This document shows positions 14,940-24,284 of a stretch of 24,284 nucleotides of DNA, piece after piece. Position numbers and translations under genes: made by a program. Origin of the DNA: Candidatus Methylomirabilia bacterium (lineage in GTDB: Bacteria > Methylomirabilota > Methylomirabilia > Rokubacteriales > CSP1-6). Position 1 is the first letter of the stretch, and each line of letters opens with the position of its first letter. The notes beneath the pieces are model-generated. The model had not been told where the DNA came from. It worked only from the letters and a program-made list of their open reading frames with translations, and did no database searches. The stretch is from positions 1 through 24,284 of the forward strand of contig JBGQEL010000059.1 of assembly GCA_041496385.1 (NCBI GenBank). The letters run 5' to 3'.

Positions 14940-15704
14940 CGGCAGTGCGGCCACCGTGGCCAGCCGGCCGCGGTTGCCCTTGCGGTACGAGTAGAGGAGC
15001 CCGGGATTGCAGGCGGTGCAGAGCCGCACGTTCTCGATTCGCGCCCCGTCGAGCCCGGCGCCGCGGAGCAGCGCCTCGTTGGCCGCACCGAGGTCGAGCA
15101 TCCAGCGTCCCGGCTTCGCCGGCCTGGCCCAGGCCTCCCAGCCGGCGTACGCGGCGGACAGCGGGCCGATGACGGGCTCGTCCACCTCGTAACAGCAGGG
15201 GCCGATCGCGGGCGCGATCGCCGCGTGCAGCCGCGACGGCGCCGCGCCGAGGCCCTCGAGCGCCCGCACCGTCGCCTGGACGGCGCCCTTGACGGTGCCC
15301 CGCCAGCCGACGTGGACCGCACCGAGCGCCGGCAGCGCGGCGTCGTACAGCACGATCGCCAGGCAGTCCGCGGTGAAGATCGCCAGCGGCACGCCGCGCT
15401 CCGCCGTCACGAGGCCGTCCACCGTGCCGGCGAATCCGCCGCCTGCCGGGGCGCGCGCGACGTCGGCGCCGTGGACCTGCTTGGCGTAGGCGACGCGCGC
15501 CATGTCGAGGCCCGCGCCGGCCAGCCGCGTGACTGCCTCGGCGCGAAAGGACGAGACGGGCGCCCGCGGTGAGATCGGCTCGGCGAACGAGGCCACCCCG
15601 GGGCAGTGGCGCGTCGTCGTCGCGTGCGGCAGGCCGAGCCGCGTGAGCGACGCGAACGTGAAGTAGTCAGCCGGCTCGCCATGAGCAACAAGCCCCGAAG
15701 TCAC
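14937..15704 (-). CDS. pgeF: PgeF/YfiH/YlmD family protein (peptidoglycan editing factor / purine nucleoside phosphorylase-like)
   Basis: KQVHG, TADC, HVGWRG, IGPCCYEV and LCTAC. Typical position after ftsZ. Start uncertain. Confidence 0.92.
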   Translation of the reverse strand: MTSGLVAHGEPADYFTFASLTRLGLPHATTTRHCPGVASFAEPISPRAPVSSFRAEAVTRLAGAGLDMARVAYAKQVHGADVARAPAGGGFAGTVDGLVTAERGVPLAIFTADCLAIVLYDAALPALGAVHVGWRGTVKGAVQATVRALEGLGAAPSRLHAAIAPAIGPCCYEVDEPVIGPLSAAYAGWEAWARPAKPGRWMLDLGAANEALLRGAGLDGARIENVRLCTACNPGLLYSYRKGNRGRLATVAALP

Positions 15705-15736
15705 AGGCCCCTCAGGCGCCCGATGATGCGCACGGT

Positions 15737-15835
15737 GCGGGGTCGGGAGCAGGGAGCGGGGGACGGGTCCGCGGTGAGTGTCGTTCCGAACAAGCGGACT
15801 CGCCCCCTGCCCTCTGCCCCCGCCCCCGACCCCGC
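15737..15835. repeat. Long imperfect G/C-tract inverted repeat after ftsZ
   Basis: Arms 15737-15772 and 15794-15835. Outer GCGGGGTCGGG/CCCGACCCCGC and inner GTCCGC/GCGGAC pairs are exact. Confidence 0.7.
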
Positions 15836-15839
15836 GCGC

Positions 15840-17000
15840 CTAGTCCGCTTGGCGCCTGAGGAAAGCAGGAACCTCGAGATCGGCGTCGCCGAGCGCGTCG
15901 TCGCTCTCGGCGCGCATCTCGCCCGGACGCCGGCGCCAGCTCCCGGCGCCCGCGGCGGGGCTCAAGCGCGGCGCGCGCGGGAGGTCGACCACCTTGCCGC
16001 CGCCGCTCTGGAGCTCCTTCTTCTCGGCGAAGCCCGTGGCGATCACGGTCATCCGGATCTCGTCGGTCATGTCCGGGTCGATGACCGCGCCGAAGATGAT
16101 GTGGGCGTCCTCGTGCGCCGCCTCCTGGACGATCCGCGCCGCTTCCTCCACCTCGTGGATCGACAGGTCGGCACCGCCCGTGAAGTTGATGAGGATGCCG
16201 CGCGCGCCCTCGATCGACGTGTCGTCGAGGAGCGGGCTCGCGACGGCCTTCTGCGCGGCGTCGAGGGCGCGGTGCTCGCCCTTGCCCGTCCCCGTCCCCA
16301 TCATCGCCATGCCCATGCCCGACATGATCGTGCGGACGTCGGCGAAGTCGAGGTTGATGAGACCCGGGACGAGGATGAGATCGGAGATGCCCTGCACGGC
16401 CTGCTGGAGCACCGTGTCGGCGACGCGGAACGCCTCGATGAGCGGCGTGCCGCGGTCGACCACCGAGAGCAGACGCTGGTTCGGGATCGTGATCAGCGTG
16501 TCCACGACGCCGCGGAGCGCCTCCAGTCCGGCCTCGGCCTGCACGGCGCGCCGCCGGCCCTCGAACGTGAACGGCTTCGTCACGACGGCCACGGTCAGGA
16601 TGCCGAGGTCCTTCGCGAGCGACGCGACCACCGGCGCGGCACCCGTCCCCGTGCCGCCGCCCAGCCCCGCCGTGATGAAGACCATATCCGCGCCGGTGAG
16701 CAGGCGCGTGATCTCCTCGGGCTCCTCCTGGGCCGCGCCGCGCCCGATCTCGGGGTTCGAGCCCGCGCCCAGCCCCTTGGTGAGCTTCGCGCCGAGCTGC
16801 AGCTTGATCGGCGCGGGGGAGGCGTGGAGCGCCTGGAGATCGGTGTTCGCGACGATGAACTCCACGCCGGTGAACTGGGCCAGCATCATCCGGCTCACCG
16901 CGTTGCCGCCGCCGCCGCCCAGGCCGATGACCTTGATCTTCGCCGCCTGGGGCGCCTCGTCGAGCTCGAAGAGCGGGCGGCGTGCGCGATCCTTGTCCAT
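15840..17000 (-). CDS. ftsZ: Cell division protein FtsZ
   Basis: AGGAGG RBS before the ATG at 17000. [23 protein letters not shown] and C-terminal [11 protein letters not shown]. Confidence 0.98.
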   Translation of the reverse strand: MDKDRARRPLFELDEAPQAAKIKVIGLGGGGGNAVSRMMLAQFTGVEFIVANTDLQALHASPAPIKLQLGAKLTKGLGAGSNPEIGRGAAQEEPEEITRLLTGADMVFITAGLGGGTGTGAAPVVASLAKDLGILTVAVVTKPFTFEGRRRAVQAEAGLEALRGVVDTLITIPNQRLLSVVDRGTPLIEAFRVADTVLQQAVQGISDLILVPGLINLDFADVRTIMSGMGMAMMGTGTGKGEHRALDAAQKAVASPLLDDTSIEGARGILINFTGGADLSIHEVEEAARIVQEAAHEDAHIIFGAVIDPDMTDEIRMTVIATGFAEKKELQSGGGKVVDLPRAPRLSPAAGAGSWRRRPGEMRAESDDALGDADLEVPAFLRRQAD

Positions 17001-17103
17001 TCCGTCCTCCTGTGAAGGTCCGCCGGGCACGCGTGCGCCCCGCCGGCGCGGCCGGGCCGCGTCGGCCGGGAACAGTGGCGGCTGCGCGCCGCCCCGGCCC
17101 GTC

Positions 17104-18351
17104 CTAGAAGATGTCATTCAAGACACCGCCGACCCGGCGCGCGAGCCGCGTGAGCGGGCCGCCGCCCCCGACCGCCGGCGCCGCGGCGCCCATCGGCCGC
17201 GAGCGCGCGCCGTGGAGCACCAGGCCCGCCGCCGTCGAGTACACCGGGCTCTGGATCACGTCCGCGAGCCCGCCCACGCGGAGCGGCGCGCCCCGGCGCA
17301 CGGGCTGGTCGAACACGCCCTCGGCCAGCTCGGCCACGCCCTCCATGATGGACGTGCCGCCGGTGACGACGACGCCGGCCGTCGCCGCGTCCTGGAAGCC
17401 CGCGCGCGCCAGCTCGCGCGCAACGAGCGTGAAGATCTCCTCGACGCGCGGCTGGACGATCTCGGAGAGGACCTGGCGCGAGAGCTGCCGCGGCTTGCGG
17501 CCGCCGACGGACGGCACGTCCACGGTCTCCTCGGCCGGCACGAGCGCCGTGAGCGCGCAGCCGTAACGCTTCTTCATGTCCTCGGCGTCCGCCATCGGGG
17601 TGCGGAGGCCGATCGCGATGTCGTTGGTGATGTGGTCGCCGCCGAGCGGGAGGATCGCCGTGTGCCAGACGGCGCCGTTCCGGTAGAGCGCGACGTCGGT
17701 CGTCCCGCCGCCGATGTCGATGACGAGGATGCCCAGCTCCTTCTCGTCGTCGTACAGGACGGCCTCCGCCGAGGCGAGCGCCTCGAGCACGACGTCGTGG
17801 ACGGTCAGGCCCGCGCGGTTCACCGAGCGGACGACGTTCTGGACGGAGGTCACCGCGCCCGTGATGATGTGGACCTCGACCTCGAGCCGGACGCCCGACA
17901 TGCCGATGGGCTCGCGGATCCCGTCGCCGTCGTCCACGATGAAGGTCTGCGGCAGCACGTGGATGATCTCGCGGTCCTGCGGCAGGTTGATCGCGCGCGC
18001 CGCCTCCACCACGCGCTCGACGTCGGTCTCGCTCACCTCGCGGTCCTTGCCCGAGACGGCGACGACGCCGCGGCTGTTGACCCCGCGGATGTGGCCGCCG
18101 GCGACGCCCGCGTAGACGCCCGAGACCTCGACGCCCGCCATCTGCTCGGCCTCCGCGACCGCCGCGCGGATCGCCTCCACGGTCGAGTCGATGTTGACGA
18201 CGATGCCGCGGCGCAGGCCGCGCGAGGGCGCCGTGCCGACGCCGACCACGTCGACGGCGCCCGCCGGCCCCGCCTGGGCGATCATGGCGCAGATCTTGGT
18301 GGTCCCGACGTCGAGCCCCACGATCGGCTCCGGCGCGCGCCCGCGCCTCAC
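17104..18351 (-). CDS. ftsA: Cell division protein FtsA
   Basis: [32 protein letters not shown] and amphipathic C-terminus. GTG start in a GTGA overlap. Confidence 0.97.
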   Translation of the reverse strand: MRRGRAPEPIVGLDVGTTKICAMIAQAGPAGAVDVVGVGTAPSRGLRRGIVVNIDSTVEAIRAAVAEAEQMAGVEVSGVYAGVAGGHIRGVNSRGVVAVSGKDREVSETDVERVVEAARAINLPQDREIIHVLPQTFIVDDGDGIREPIGMSGVRLEVEVHIITGAVTSVQNVVRSVNRAGLTVHDVVLEALASAEAVLYDDEKELGILVIDIGGGTTDVALYRNGAVWHTAILPLGGDHITNDIAIGLRTPMADAEDMKKRYGCALTALVPAEETVDVPSVGGRKPRQLSRQVLSEIVQPRVEEIFTLVARELARAGFQDAATAGVVVTGGTSIMEGVAELAEGVFDQPVRRGAPLRVGGLADVIQSPVYSTAAGLVLHGARSRPMGAAAPAVGGGGPLTRLARRVGGVLNDIF

Positions 18352-19199
18352 CGCGCGCCTCCCCGCTGCAGCACCACCTGGTCGCGATACCGGAGGTCGA
18401 CCGTGCGGACGTCCTGCGTCACCGCCTGCGCGAGCACGCCCTCGAGCCGCGCCAGCCGCTCGTCCCAGTCCTCGGTGCCGAGGCGCACCTCGACGCCGTC
18501 CACGGTGTAGAGAACGGGTCCGTCCTTGCGGCTCATGTCGATCTCGGAGATCTCGGCCGTGAGCTCGCTGCCGCTCCGGAGCAGGGCGCGGATCAGGTCG
18601 ACCGCCGCGCGCGCCTTCGGCCCGGGCGCCGCGCGCAGCGAGGCCAGCTCCTGCTCGGAGAGGCCGCTGACGACGGGCACCTGCGGCGCCACCGCCTGCG
18701 GGGCGAGGCCGAGGAGTCGCCCCTCCTCGTCGAGCCAGTGCAGGCGGCCGGCGTGGATGAGCGTGAACGGCCGGCGCTCCTCGACGCTGATCACCACGCG
18801 GTTCGGGAACTCGCGGACGACGTCGGCGCGCCGGATCTCCGGCAGGGCCGCGACGCGGGCCGCGACGGCGCGTGTGTCGAGGCCGAGGATGCTGGTGCCC
18901 GGCTCGATCCCCGCGGTGTCGAGGATCCGCCCGACCGGCAGGCGCGAGGCCCCGCGCACCTCGACGCTCGCCACCGCCAGCCACGGCGCCGTGAGCAGCC
19001 AGCGCGTGACGAGCGTGGCGCCGAGCGGCAGCAGCACGACGAGCGCCGCGAGGGGCAGGAAGCGGAGCGCGCGGCGCAGCCGGCGCCGCGGCCGCCGCCG
19101 TCCCCGGCCGACGCGCTGGCCGGCGACGAAGGCGGCGCGCTCGCCCAGATCGGGCAGCGTTCCGTGCCGGGTGCGCGGCGAGACGAGACCGCTCGGCAT
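18348..19199 (-). CDS. ftsQ: Cell division protein FtsQ/DivIB
   Basis: Basic N-terminus, single TM helix, POTRA domain (VEVRG...REFPNRVVISVEER) and C-terminal VDLRY. Confidence 0.9.
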   Translation of the reverse strand: MPSGLVSPRTRHGTLPDLGERAAFVAGQRVGRGRRRPRRRLRRALRFLPLAALVVLLPLGATLVTRWLLTAPWLAVASVEVRGASRLPVGRILDTAGIEPGTSILGLDTRAVAARVAALPEIRRADVVREFPNRVVISVEERRPFTLIHAGRLHWLDEEGRLLGLAPQAVAPQVPVVSGLSEQELASLRAAPGPKARAAVDLIRALLRSGSELTAEISEIDMSRKDGPVLYTVDGVEVRLGTEDWDERLARLEGVLAQAVTQDVRTVDLRYRDQVVLQRGGAR

Positions 19200-19200
19200 G

Positions 19201-20079
19201 CTACTCCCCGACGATCCGGATCTCGGGCATCAGCGTCACGCCGAAGTGCGCCTGCACGCGCTCGCGCGTGAGCTCCATGAGCGCCAAGAGATCGGCCGCG
19301 CTGGCGCCGCCCCGGTTCACGATGAAGTTCGCGTGCTTGGAGGAGATCTCCGCGCCGTTGATACGCTTGCCCTTGAGGCCGGACTTCTCGATGAGCCGCG
19401 CGGCGACGTCGTTGTCGGGGTTCTTCCAGACGCAGCCCGCCGATGCGAGCGCCAGCGGCTGGGTCGATTTCTTCTGCTTGAGACGGACCTTGATGTCCTT
19501 CTGGATCTCGGCGAGCGGCCGGCGCGTGAGCCGGAGCCGGCAGCCGATGAGGACGGCCCCCTCGGGCGCGTGGAAGGCCCGATACGTGAACGAGCCGGCG
19601 GCGGGCTTGAACTCGCCGAGCGAGCCGTCCGGATGCAGGAAGTACACCGCGCTCACGAAGTCGCCGATCCACCCGTCGGGCGTCCCCGCGTTCATGGCCA
19701 GCGCGCCGCCGATCGTGGCCGGGATCCCGACCAGGCACTCGATGCCGCCGAGGTTCACCGCCGCCGCCTCGCGGATGAGCGCCGAGAGGCTGACCCCGGC
19801 GCCGGCCATCGCCTCCTCGCCGTGGAACTCCGCGCGCCCGAGGCAGCCCTCGAGGCGGAGCACCACGCCGCGCACGCCGCGGTCCTTCACGAGCAGGTTG
19901 TTGCCGCCGCCGATCACCGCGACCGGCAGCTGCTCGCGCTCGGCGAAGAGCAGGGCGTGCCGGATGTCGTCCACGTCCTGCGGGACCACGAAGATGTCGG
20001 CCGCGCCTCCGATGCGCAGCGACGTATGGAAGCTCAGGGGCTCCTTGAAACGGACTTCCCCCCGGATCTCTCCTAGCAT
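19201..20079 (-). CDS. murB: UDP-N-acetylenolpyruvoylglucosamine reductase
   Basis: ATG at 20079. [42 protein letters not shown] and [10 protein letters not shown]. Confidence 0.96.
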   Translation of the reverse strand: MLGEIRGEVRFKEPLSFHTSLRIGGAADIFVVPQDVDDIRHALLFAEREQLPVAVIGGGNNLLVKDRGVRGVVLRLEGCLGRAEFHGEEAMAGAGVSLSALIREAAAVNLGGIECLVGIPATIGGALAMNAGTPDGWIGDFVSAVYFLHPDGSLGEFKPAAGSFTYRAFHAPEGAVLIGCRLRLTRRPLAEIQKDIKVRLKQKKSTQPLALASAGCVWKNPDNDVAARLIEKSGLKGKRINGAEISSKHANFIVNRGGASAADLLALMELTRERVQAHFGVTLMPEIRIVGE

Positions 20080-21473
20080 TGAGTCCCCCCATTCAGAGAG
20101 TCGGCGTCGATTCGCTTCAGCAGCTCCGGGCCCAGCTGGCCCACATCGCCGGCGCCGAGCGTCAGCACGAGATCGCCCGGCCGGGTGATCTCGGCGAGGT
20201 GCTCGACGACGCGCGCCCGTTCGCTGCCGAGATAGGTGACGTTCCGGTGCCCGTGCGCGCGGATGCCCTCGGCCAGGTCCTCGGCGGTGACGCCTGGGAT
20301 CGGGGCCTCGCCCGCGGCGTAGACGTCCAGCACGATCAGCACGTCGGCCTGATTGAAGGCCGTCAAGAACTCCTGGCGCAGGTGATGCGTCCGCGTGTAG
20401 CGGTGCGGCTGGAACACGGTCACGACCCGGCAGTCGAACCCGGCCTTGGCGGCGGCCAGGGTCGCCCGGATCTCGGCGGGATGGTGGCCGTAGTCGTCGA
20501 CCACGGTCACGCCGCGCGCGCTGCCACGGACCTGGAACCGGCGCTGGACGCCGGCGAAGCCGGCGAGCGCCTTCTGGATCGTCACGAACGGGATATCGAG
20601 GTCGAGGCCCACGCCGACGGCCGCGAGCGCGTTGAGCACGTTGTGGCGGCCCGGGATCTGGAGCGCGCACTCGCCGAGGAGGGTCCCGCGCTGGAGCACC
20701 TCGAAGCGGCTCGTCATGCCCGCCAGGTGCAGCCGGCGCGCGACGAGGTCGGCGCCCGACTCGAGGCCGTAGGTGATGACCCGCTTCTCGATCCTCGGGA
20801 TCAGCATCTGGATGTTCGGCTGGTCGAGGCAGAGCACGACCGAGCCGTAGAACGGCACCTTGTTGACGAAGACGACGAACGCCTCGCAGATGGCCTCGAG
20901 CGAGCCGTAGTGGTCGAGGTGCTCGGCGTCGATCGTCGTCACGACCGCGATCGTCGGCGCGAGCTTGAGGAACGAGCCGTCGGACTCGTCGGCCTCGGCC
21001 ACGAGGTACTCCCCCTGGCCGAGCCGCGCGTTCGAGCCGAGGTTGGTGACGCGCCCGCCCACGACGATCGTCGGATCGTAGCGTCCCTCCGCGAGCATCG
21101 CGCCGATCATCGACGTGGTCGTCGTCTTGCCGTGGGTGCCGGCGACCGCGATGCCGTACTTGAGCCGCATCAGCTCGGCGAGCATCTCGGCACGCGGGAT
21201 CGTCGGGATGCCGCGCTGGCGCGCGACCTGCACCTCGACGTTGTCGCGCGAGACGGCGGACGAGTAGACGACGACGTGCGCGCCCTCGACGTGCAGCGCC
21301 TCGTGGCCGAGGAAGATCTTCGCGCCCAGCTGCTCCAGGCGCTCGACGGCTTCGTTCCGCCGCTGGTCCGACCCGGTCACCCGGTAGCCCAGGTTCAGGA
21401 GGATCTCGGCGATGCCGGACATGCCGCTGCCGCCGATCCCGACGAAGTGGATCTGCTGGTAGCGCTTAAACAT
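20073..21473 (-). CDS. murC: UDP-N-acetylmuramate--L-alanine ligase
   Basis: [33 protein letters not shown] and FQPHRYTRT. Confidence 0.98.
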   Translation of the reverse strand: MFKRYQQIHFVGIGGSGMSGIAEILLNLGYRVTGSDQRRNEAVERLEQLGAKIFLGHEALHVEGAHVVVYSSAVSRDNVEVQVARQRGIPTIPRAEMLAELMRLKYGIAVAGTHGKTTTTSMIGAMLAEGRYDPTIVVGGRVTNLGSNARLGQGEYLVAEADESDGSFLKLAPTIAVVTTIDAEHLDHYGSLEAICEAFVVFVNKVPFYGSVVLCLDQPNIQMLIPRIEKRVITYGLESGADLVARRLHLAGMTSRFEVLQRGTLLGECALQIPGRHNVLNALAAVGVGLDLDIPFVTIQKALAGFAGVQRRFQVRGSARGVTVVDDYGHHPAEIRATLAAAKAGFDCRVVTVFQPHRYTRTHHLRQEFLTAFNQADVLIVLDVYAAGEAPIPGVTAEDLAEGIRAHGHRNVTYLGSERARVVEHLAEITRPGDLVLTLGAGDVGQLGPELLKRIDADSLNGGTQC

Positions 21474-22563
21474 CGGCGTGCTGGGAGATGTTCAGGAGCA
21501 CTCCGGTGGAGAGCATCGTGACGAGCAGCGCCGAGCCGCCGAAGGAGATGAAGGGCAGCGGCAGCCCCTTCGTCGGCAGCAGGCCCGTCACGACGCCCAG
21601 GTTCACGAGCGTCTGGGTGGCGATGAGCACGGTGATCCCGAGCGCCAGGTACGCGCCGAACGGGTCCGGCGCGCGGAGTCCGATCCGCAGGCCCCGCCAG
21701 ACGAGCACGACGAAGAGCGCGACGACCGCCGCGGCGCCCAGGAACCCGAGCTCCTCACCGATGATCGCGAAGATGAAATCGGTGTGCGACTCCGGCAGGT
21801 AGAAGAGCTTCTGGCGCGAGCCGCCGATGCCCTGGCCGAGGATCCCGCCGTTGCCCAGCGCGAGCCAGGACTGGATGATCTGGAAGCCGCTCCCGCGCGG
21901 GTCCCCCCACGGGTCCACGAACGCGGTGATCCGCCGGAGCCGGTAGGGCGCCATCCAGACGGCGATCGCGAGGAGCGGCAGCGCGGGCGCCAGCACGAGG
22001 GCGAGGTGCGCGACGCGCCCGCCGGCGAGGAACAGGAGCGCGAAGGTGAGCGCGAGCAGCGTCAGGCAGTTGCCCAGGTCGGGCTGGACGAACACGAGCG
22101 CCGCCAGCGCGCCCGCGACGGCGAGCGGCGGCAGCAGGTCCCGGCGGAAGTCGGCGAGCGCGCCGCGCTTCTTCGCGAGGAAGGCCGCGAGGTAGACGAC
22201 CAGCGCGAGCTTCGCGAGCTCCGCGGGCTGGAACGACACCGGCCCCAGCCGGATCCACCGCCGGGTGCCGTTGATCGCCTGCCCGATCGGCGGGATCAGC
22301 ACCAGGACGAGCAGCGCCCCCGCCGCGAGGAGGAGCGGCAGCACCCAGCGCTCGAGCCGCCGGTAGTCGAGCCGCAGCATGAGCCAGAGGCAGCCGGCGC
22401 CCAGCAGGGCCCAGAAGAGCTGCTTCTTCAGAAAGAAGTACGGGTCGTGGAAGCGGTCGGCCGCGACGATCGCGCTCGCCGAGTAGACCATCACGACGCC
22501 GATCGAGAGCAGCACGATCGCCACGCCGAAGAGCCAGACGTCGGGCGCGAGCTTGCGCGGCAT
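21466..22563 (-). CDS. ftsW: Peptidoglycan polymerase FtsW (SEDS)
   Basis: [35 protein letters not shown] and [15 protein letters not shown]. Confidence 0.97.
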   Translation of the reverse strand: MPRKLAPDVWLFGVAIVLLSIGVVMVYSASAIVAADRFHDPYFFLKKQLFWALLGAGCLWLMLRLDYRRLERWVLPLLLAAGALLVLVLIPPIGQAINGTRRWIRLGPVSFQPAELAKLALVVYLAAFLAKKRGALADFRRDLLPPLAVAGALAALVFVQPDLGNCLTLLALTFALLFLAGGRVAHLALVLAPALPLLAIAVWMAPYRLRRITAFVDPWGDPRGSGFQIIQSWLALGNGGILGQGIGGSRQKLFYLPESHTDFIFAIIGEELGFLGAAAVVALFVVLVWRGLRIGLRAPDPFGAYLALGITVLIATQTLVNLGVVTGLLPTKGLPLPFISFGGSALLVTMLSTGVLLNISQHADV

Positions 22564-24018
22564 CTATTCGTGCCGGGGGGGAGCGAGCGCCGCGCCTCCC
22601 CCGGATCCCAGCGGCTCGAGACGGTTCACGAGGGCCTTGAAGACGTCGCCGCGGTGCTCGAAGTTGTCGAACATGTCGAACGAGGCGCAGGCCGGCGAGA
22701 GCAGCACGACGTCGCCCGGCCCGGCGAGCCCCCGCGCCGCCTCGACCGCCGCGTCCATCGAGGCGGCCGCCGTCACGCCGACGCCGGCGGCCCGCAGCGC
22801 GGCGCCGAGGGCGGGCCCGTCCTCGCCGATCACGATCGCGTGGCGGACGCGCCTGCGCGCGGCGGCGGTGAGCGGGGCGAAGTCCTGCCCCTTGCCCTTG
22901 CCGCCCGCGATGAGCACGATCGGCTCGTTGAAGCTCTCCAGGGCCTTGAGCGTGGAGGCGACGTTCGTGCCCTTCGAGTCGTTGTAGTAGTGAGCGCCCC
23001 GGACGTCGCGCACGAACTCGATCCGGTGCGCGACGCCGCGGAACTTGCCGATGCCGCGCCGGATCGTCTCGGGCGCGATTCCCGCCCAGAGCGCGCAGGC
23101 CGTGGCCGCGAGCACGTTCTCCACGTTGTGCGCGCCGCGCAGGAAGATCTCGGCGACGGGGCAGATCTCCTCGACGTGGCCGTTGAGCTGGGCCGCCACC
23201 CGGCCGTCGCGGACGAAGACGCCGTGGTCGAGCGCGCGCAGCCGGCTGAACCAGACGACGTGGGCGCGCGTGCGGGGCGCGAGCCCGCGCGTCGCCTCGT
23301 CGTCGGCGTTGAGCACCGCGCAGTCGGCCGCCGTCTGGTTGGCGAAGATGCGGGCCTTGGCGTCCAGGTAGGCGGCGAGGGTGCCGTGCCGGTCGAGGTG
23401 GTCGGGCGTGACGTTGAGCACGGCGGCGACGCGCGGGTGGAACGTCTCGGTCGTCTCGAGCTGGAAGCTGGAGACCTCGACCACCGCGAGGCCGTCGGCC
23501 GGGAACGCCAGCGCGTGGGCGGCGAGCGGCGTGCCGATGTTGCCCGCGACGAGCACGGGCCGCGGCTGCTCGGCCAGGAGCGCGCCCGTCAGCGCGGTCG
23601 TCGTCGTCTTGCCGTTCGTTCCCGTGATCGCGAACGTCTCGGCCTCCATCGCGCGCCAACCGAGCTCGAGCTCGCCGATCACCCGCGCGCCACGCGCGCG
23701 CGCGGCCGCGAGCGCCGGATGGTTCACGGGCACGCCCGGGCTCACCACAACGAGCGCGGCCGCCGCGCAGGCGTCGGCGGCCACCGCGCCGGTCAGCAGC
23801 CGCACGCCCAGCGCCTGGAGCTCCGCCGCCTCGGGCCCGAGGGCGTCGAGGGGCTTGGCGTCCGTCCCGGTCACGTCCGCGCCGGCGGCGCGCAGGAGGC
23901 GGGCCGCGGCGACGCCGCTGCGCGCGAGGCCCACCACCGCCGCGCGGCGGCCCGCGAGCGAGTCGAGGTACGCGCGTCCCCGCGTCGTCATTCCGGCCTC
24001 GTTCAGGACCTCGATCAC
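22564..24018 (-). CDS. murD: UDP-N-acetylmuramoyl-L-alanine--D-glutamate ligase
   Basis: VVGLARSG, VVSPGV, TGTNGKTTT, EVSSFQL, DHLDRH, NDSKGTN and SPACASFD. Start is GTG 24018 or ATG 23991. Confidence 0.97.
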   Translation of the reverse strand: MIEVLNEAGMTTRGRAYLDSLAGRRAAVVGLARSGVAAARLLRAAGADVTGTDAKPLDALGPEAAELQALGVRLLTGAVAADACAAAALVVVSPGVPVNHPALAAARARGARVIGELELGWRAMEAETFAITGTNGKTTTTALTGALLAEQPRPVLVAGNIGTPLAAHALAFPADGLAVVEVSSFQLETTETFHPRVAAVLNVTPDHLDRHGTLAAYLDAKARIFANQTAADCAVLNADDEATRGLAPRTRAHVVWFSRLRALDHGVFVRDGRVAAQLNGHVEEICPVAEIFLRGAHNVENVLAATACALWAGIAPETIRRGIGKFRGVAHRIEFVRDVRGAHYYNDSKGTNVASTLKALESFNEPIVLIAGGKGKGQDFAPLTAAARRRVRHAIVIGEDGPALGAALRAAGVGVTAAASMDAAVEAARGLAGPGDVVLLSPACASFDMFDNFEHRGDVFKALVNRLEPLGSGGGAALAPPRHE

Positions 24019-24106
24019 GCCGCGCTCACTGTTGGAGCGGGGTCCGCGAGACCGCGGCGACTCCGTGGGTGGCCCGAGACAGACACGCGCCGGCTCCGCA
24101 CCTTCA

Positions 24107-24283
24107 TCACCTCAGCTTCAGGGTTGTCAGCGCCAGGAGGGCGAGGGCGAAGGAGACGATCCAGAAGCGGACGACGATCTTCGGCTCGGGCCAGCCGCTC
24201 AGCTCGTAGTGGTGGTGCAACGGCGCCATGCGGAAGACGCGGCGGCCGGTCAATCTGAAGCTGACGACCTGGATGATGACCGA
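24107..24283 (-). CDS. mraY: Phospho-N-acetylmuramoyl-pentapeptide transferase, 3' part (truncated by window edge)
   Basis: Manual translation gives [58 protein letters not shown], containing the MAPLHHH motif. Confidence 0.96.
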   Translation of the reverse strand, partial: SVIIQVVSFRLTGRRVFRMAPLHHHYELSGWPEPKIVVRFWIVSFALALLALTTLKLR

Positions 24284-24284
24284 C

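Noticed and set aside
17042..17066. GC hairpin between ftsA and ftsZ
   Set aside because: Three-nt loop and no U-tract. Such stems are expected by chance at this GC content.
21478..24258. 926-aa plus-strand ORF, and similar long plus-strand ORFs at 15994-18510, 6360-8438, 11559-13109, 9872-11365 and 20079-21521
   Set aside because: Antisense shadows of well-identified genes. GC-rich codon bias suppresses stops and there are no recognisable domains.
1..24284. CRISPR array, integron attC array, rRNA, riboswitch or defence system
   Set aside because: No regularly spaced repeats, attC-like structures or recognisable cas, defence or structured-RNA signatures were seen by eye. A covariance-model search was not possible.

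Overview
High-GC bacterial window. The gene set and repeat types suggest Candidatus Rokubacteria/Methylomirabilota, but this is inference only. It has two parts. (1) Positions ~4566-24284 are core genome, all on the minus strand and mostly translationally coupled: mraY(3' part)-murD-ftsW-murC-murB-ftsQ-ftsA-ftsZ (a dcw cluster with murG and ddl absent from their usual slots), pgeF-yggS-proC-yggT-divIVA-yggU, mtnA, a SagB-like double nitroreductase, a class V aminotransferase, a histidine phosphatase, hisZ, purA, a small ERR-repeat protein, a stand-alone receiver domain and tRNA-Lys(UUU). (2) Positions 1-4565 are a decaying island at the tRNA-Lys 3' end. It holds a 5'-deleted tyrosine integrase whose frame runs through the att/tRNA, a truncated FmdB zinc-ribbon gene, a small secreted His/Pro/Tyr-rich protein, two tandem Tat-exported Cys-rich NMT1/TauA-like binding proteins, a SAM methyltransferase and an NTF2-like gene cut by a probable IS end. 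The most unusual signal is two scars of the 3' end of an ABC substrate-binding-protein gene (...LLRADQVIE*). They form direct repeats around the binding-protein pair, each lies just upstream of a cargo gene, and one carries a micro-inversion. The long plus-strand ORFs are antisense shadows.
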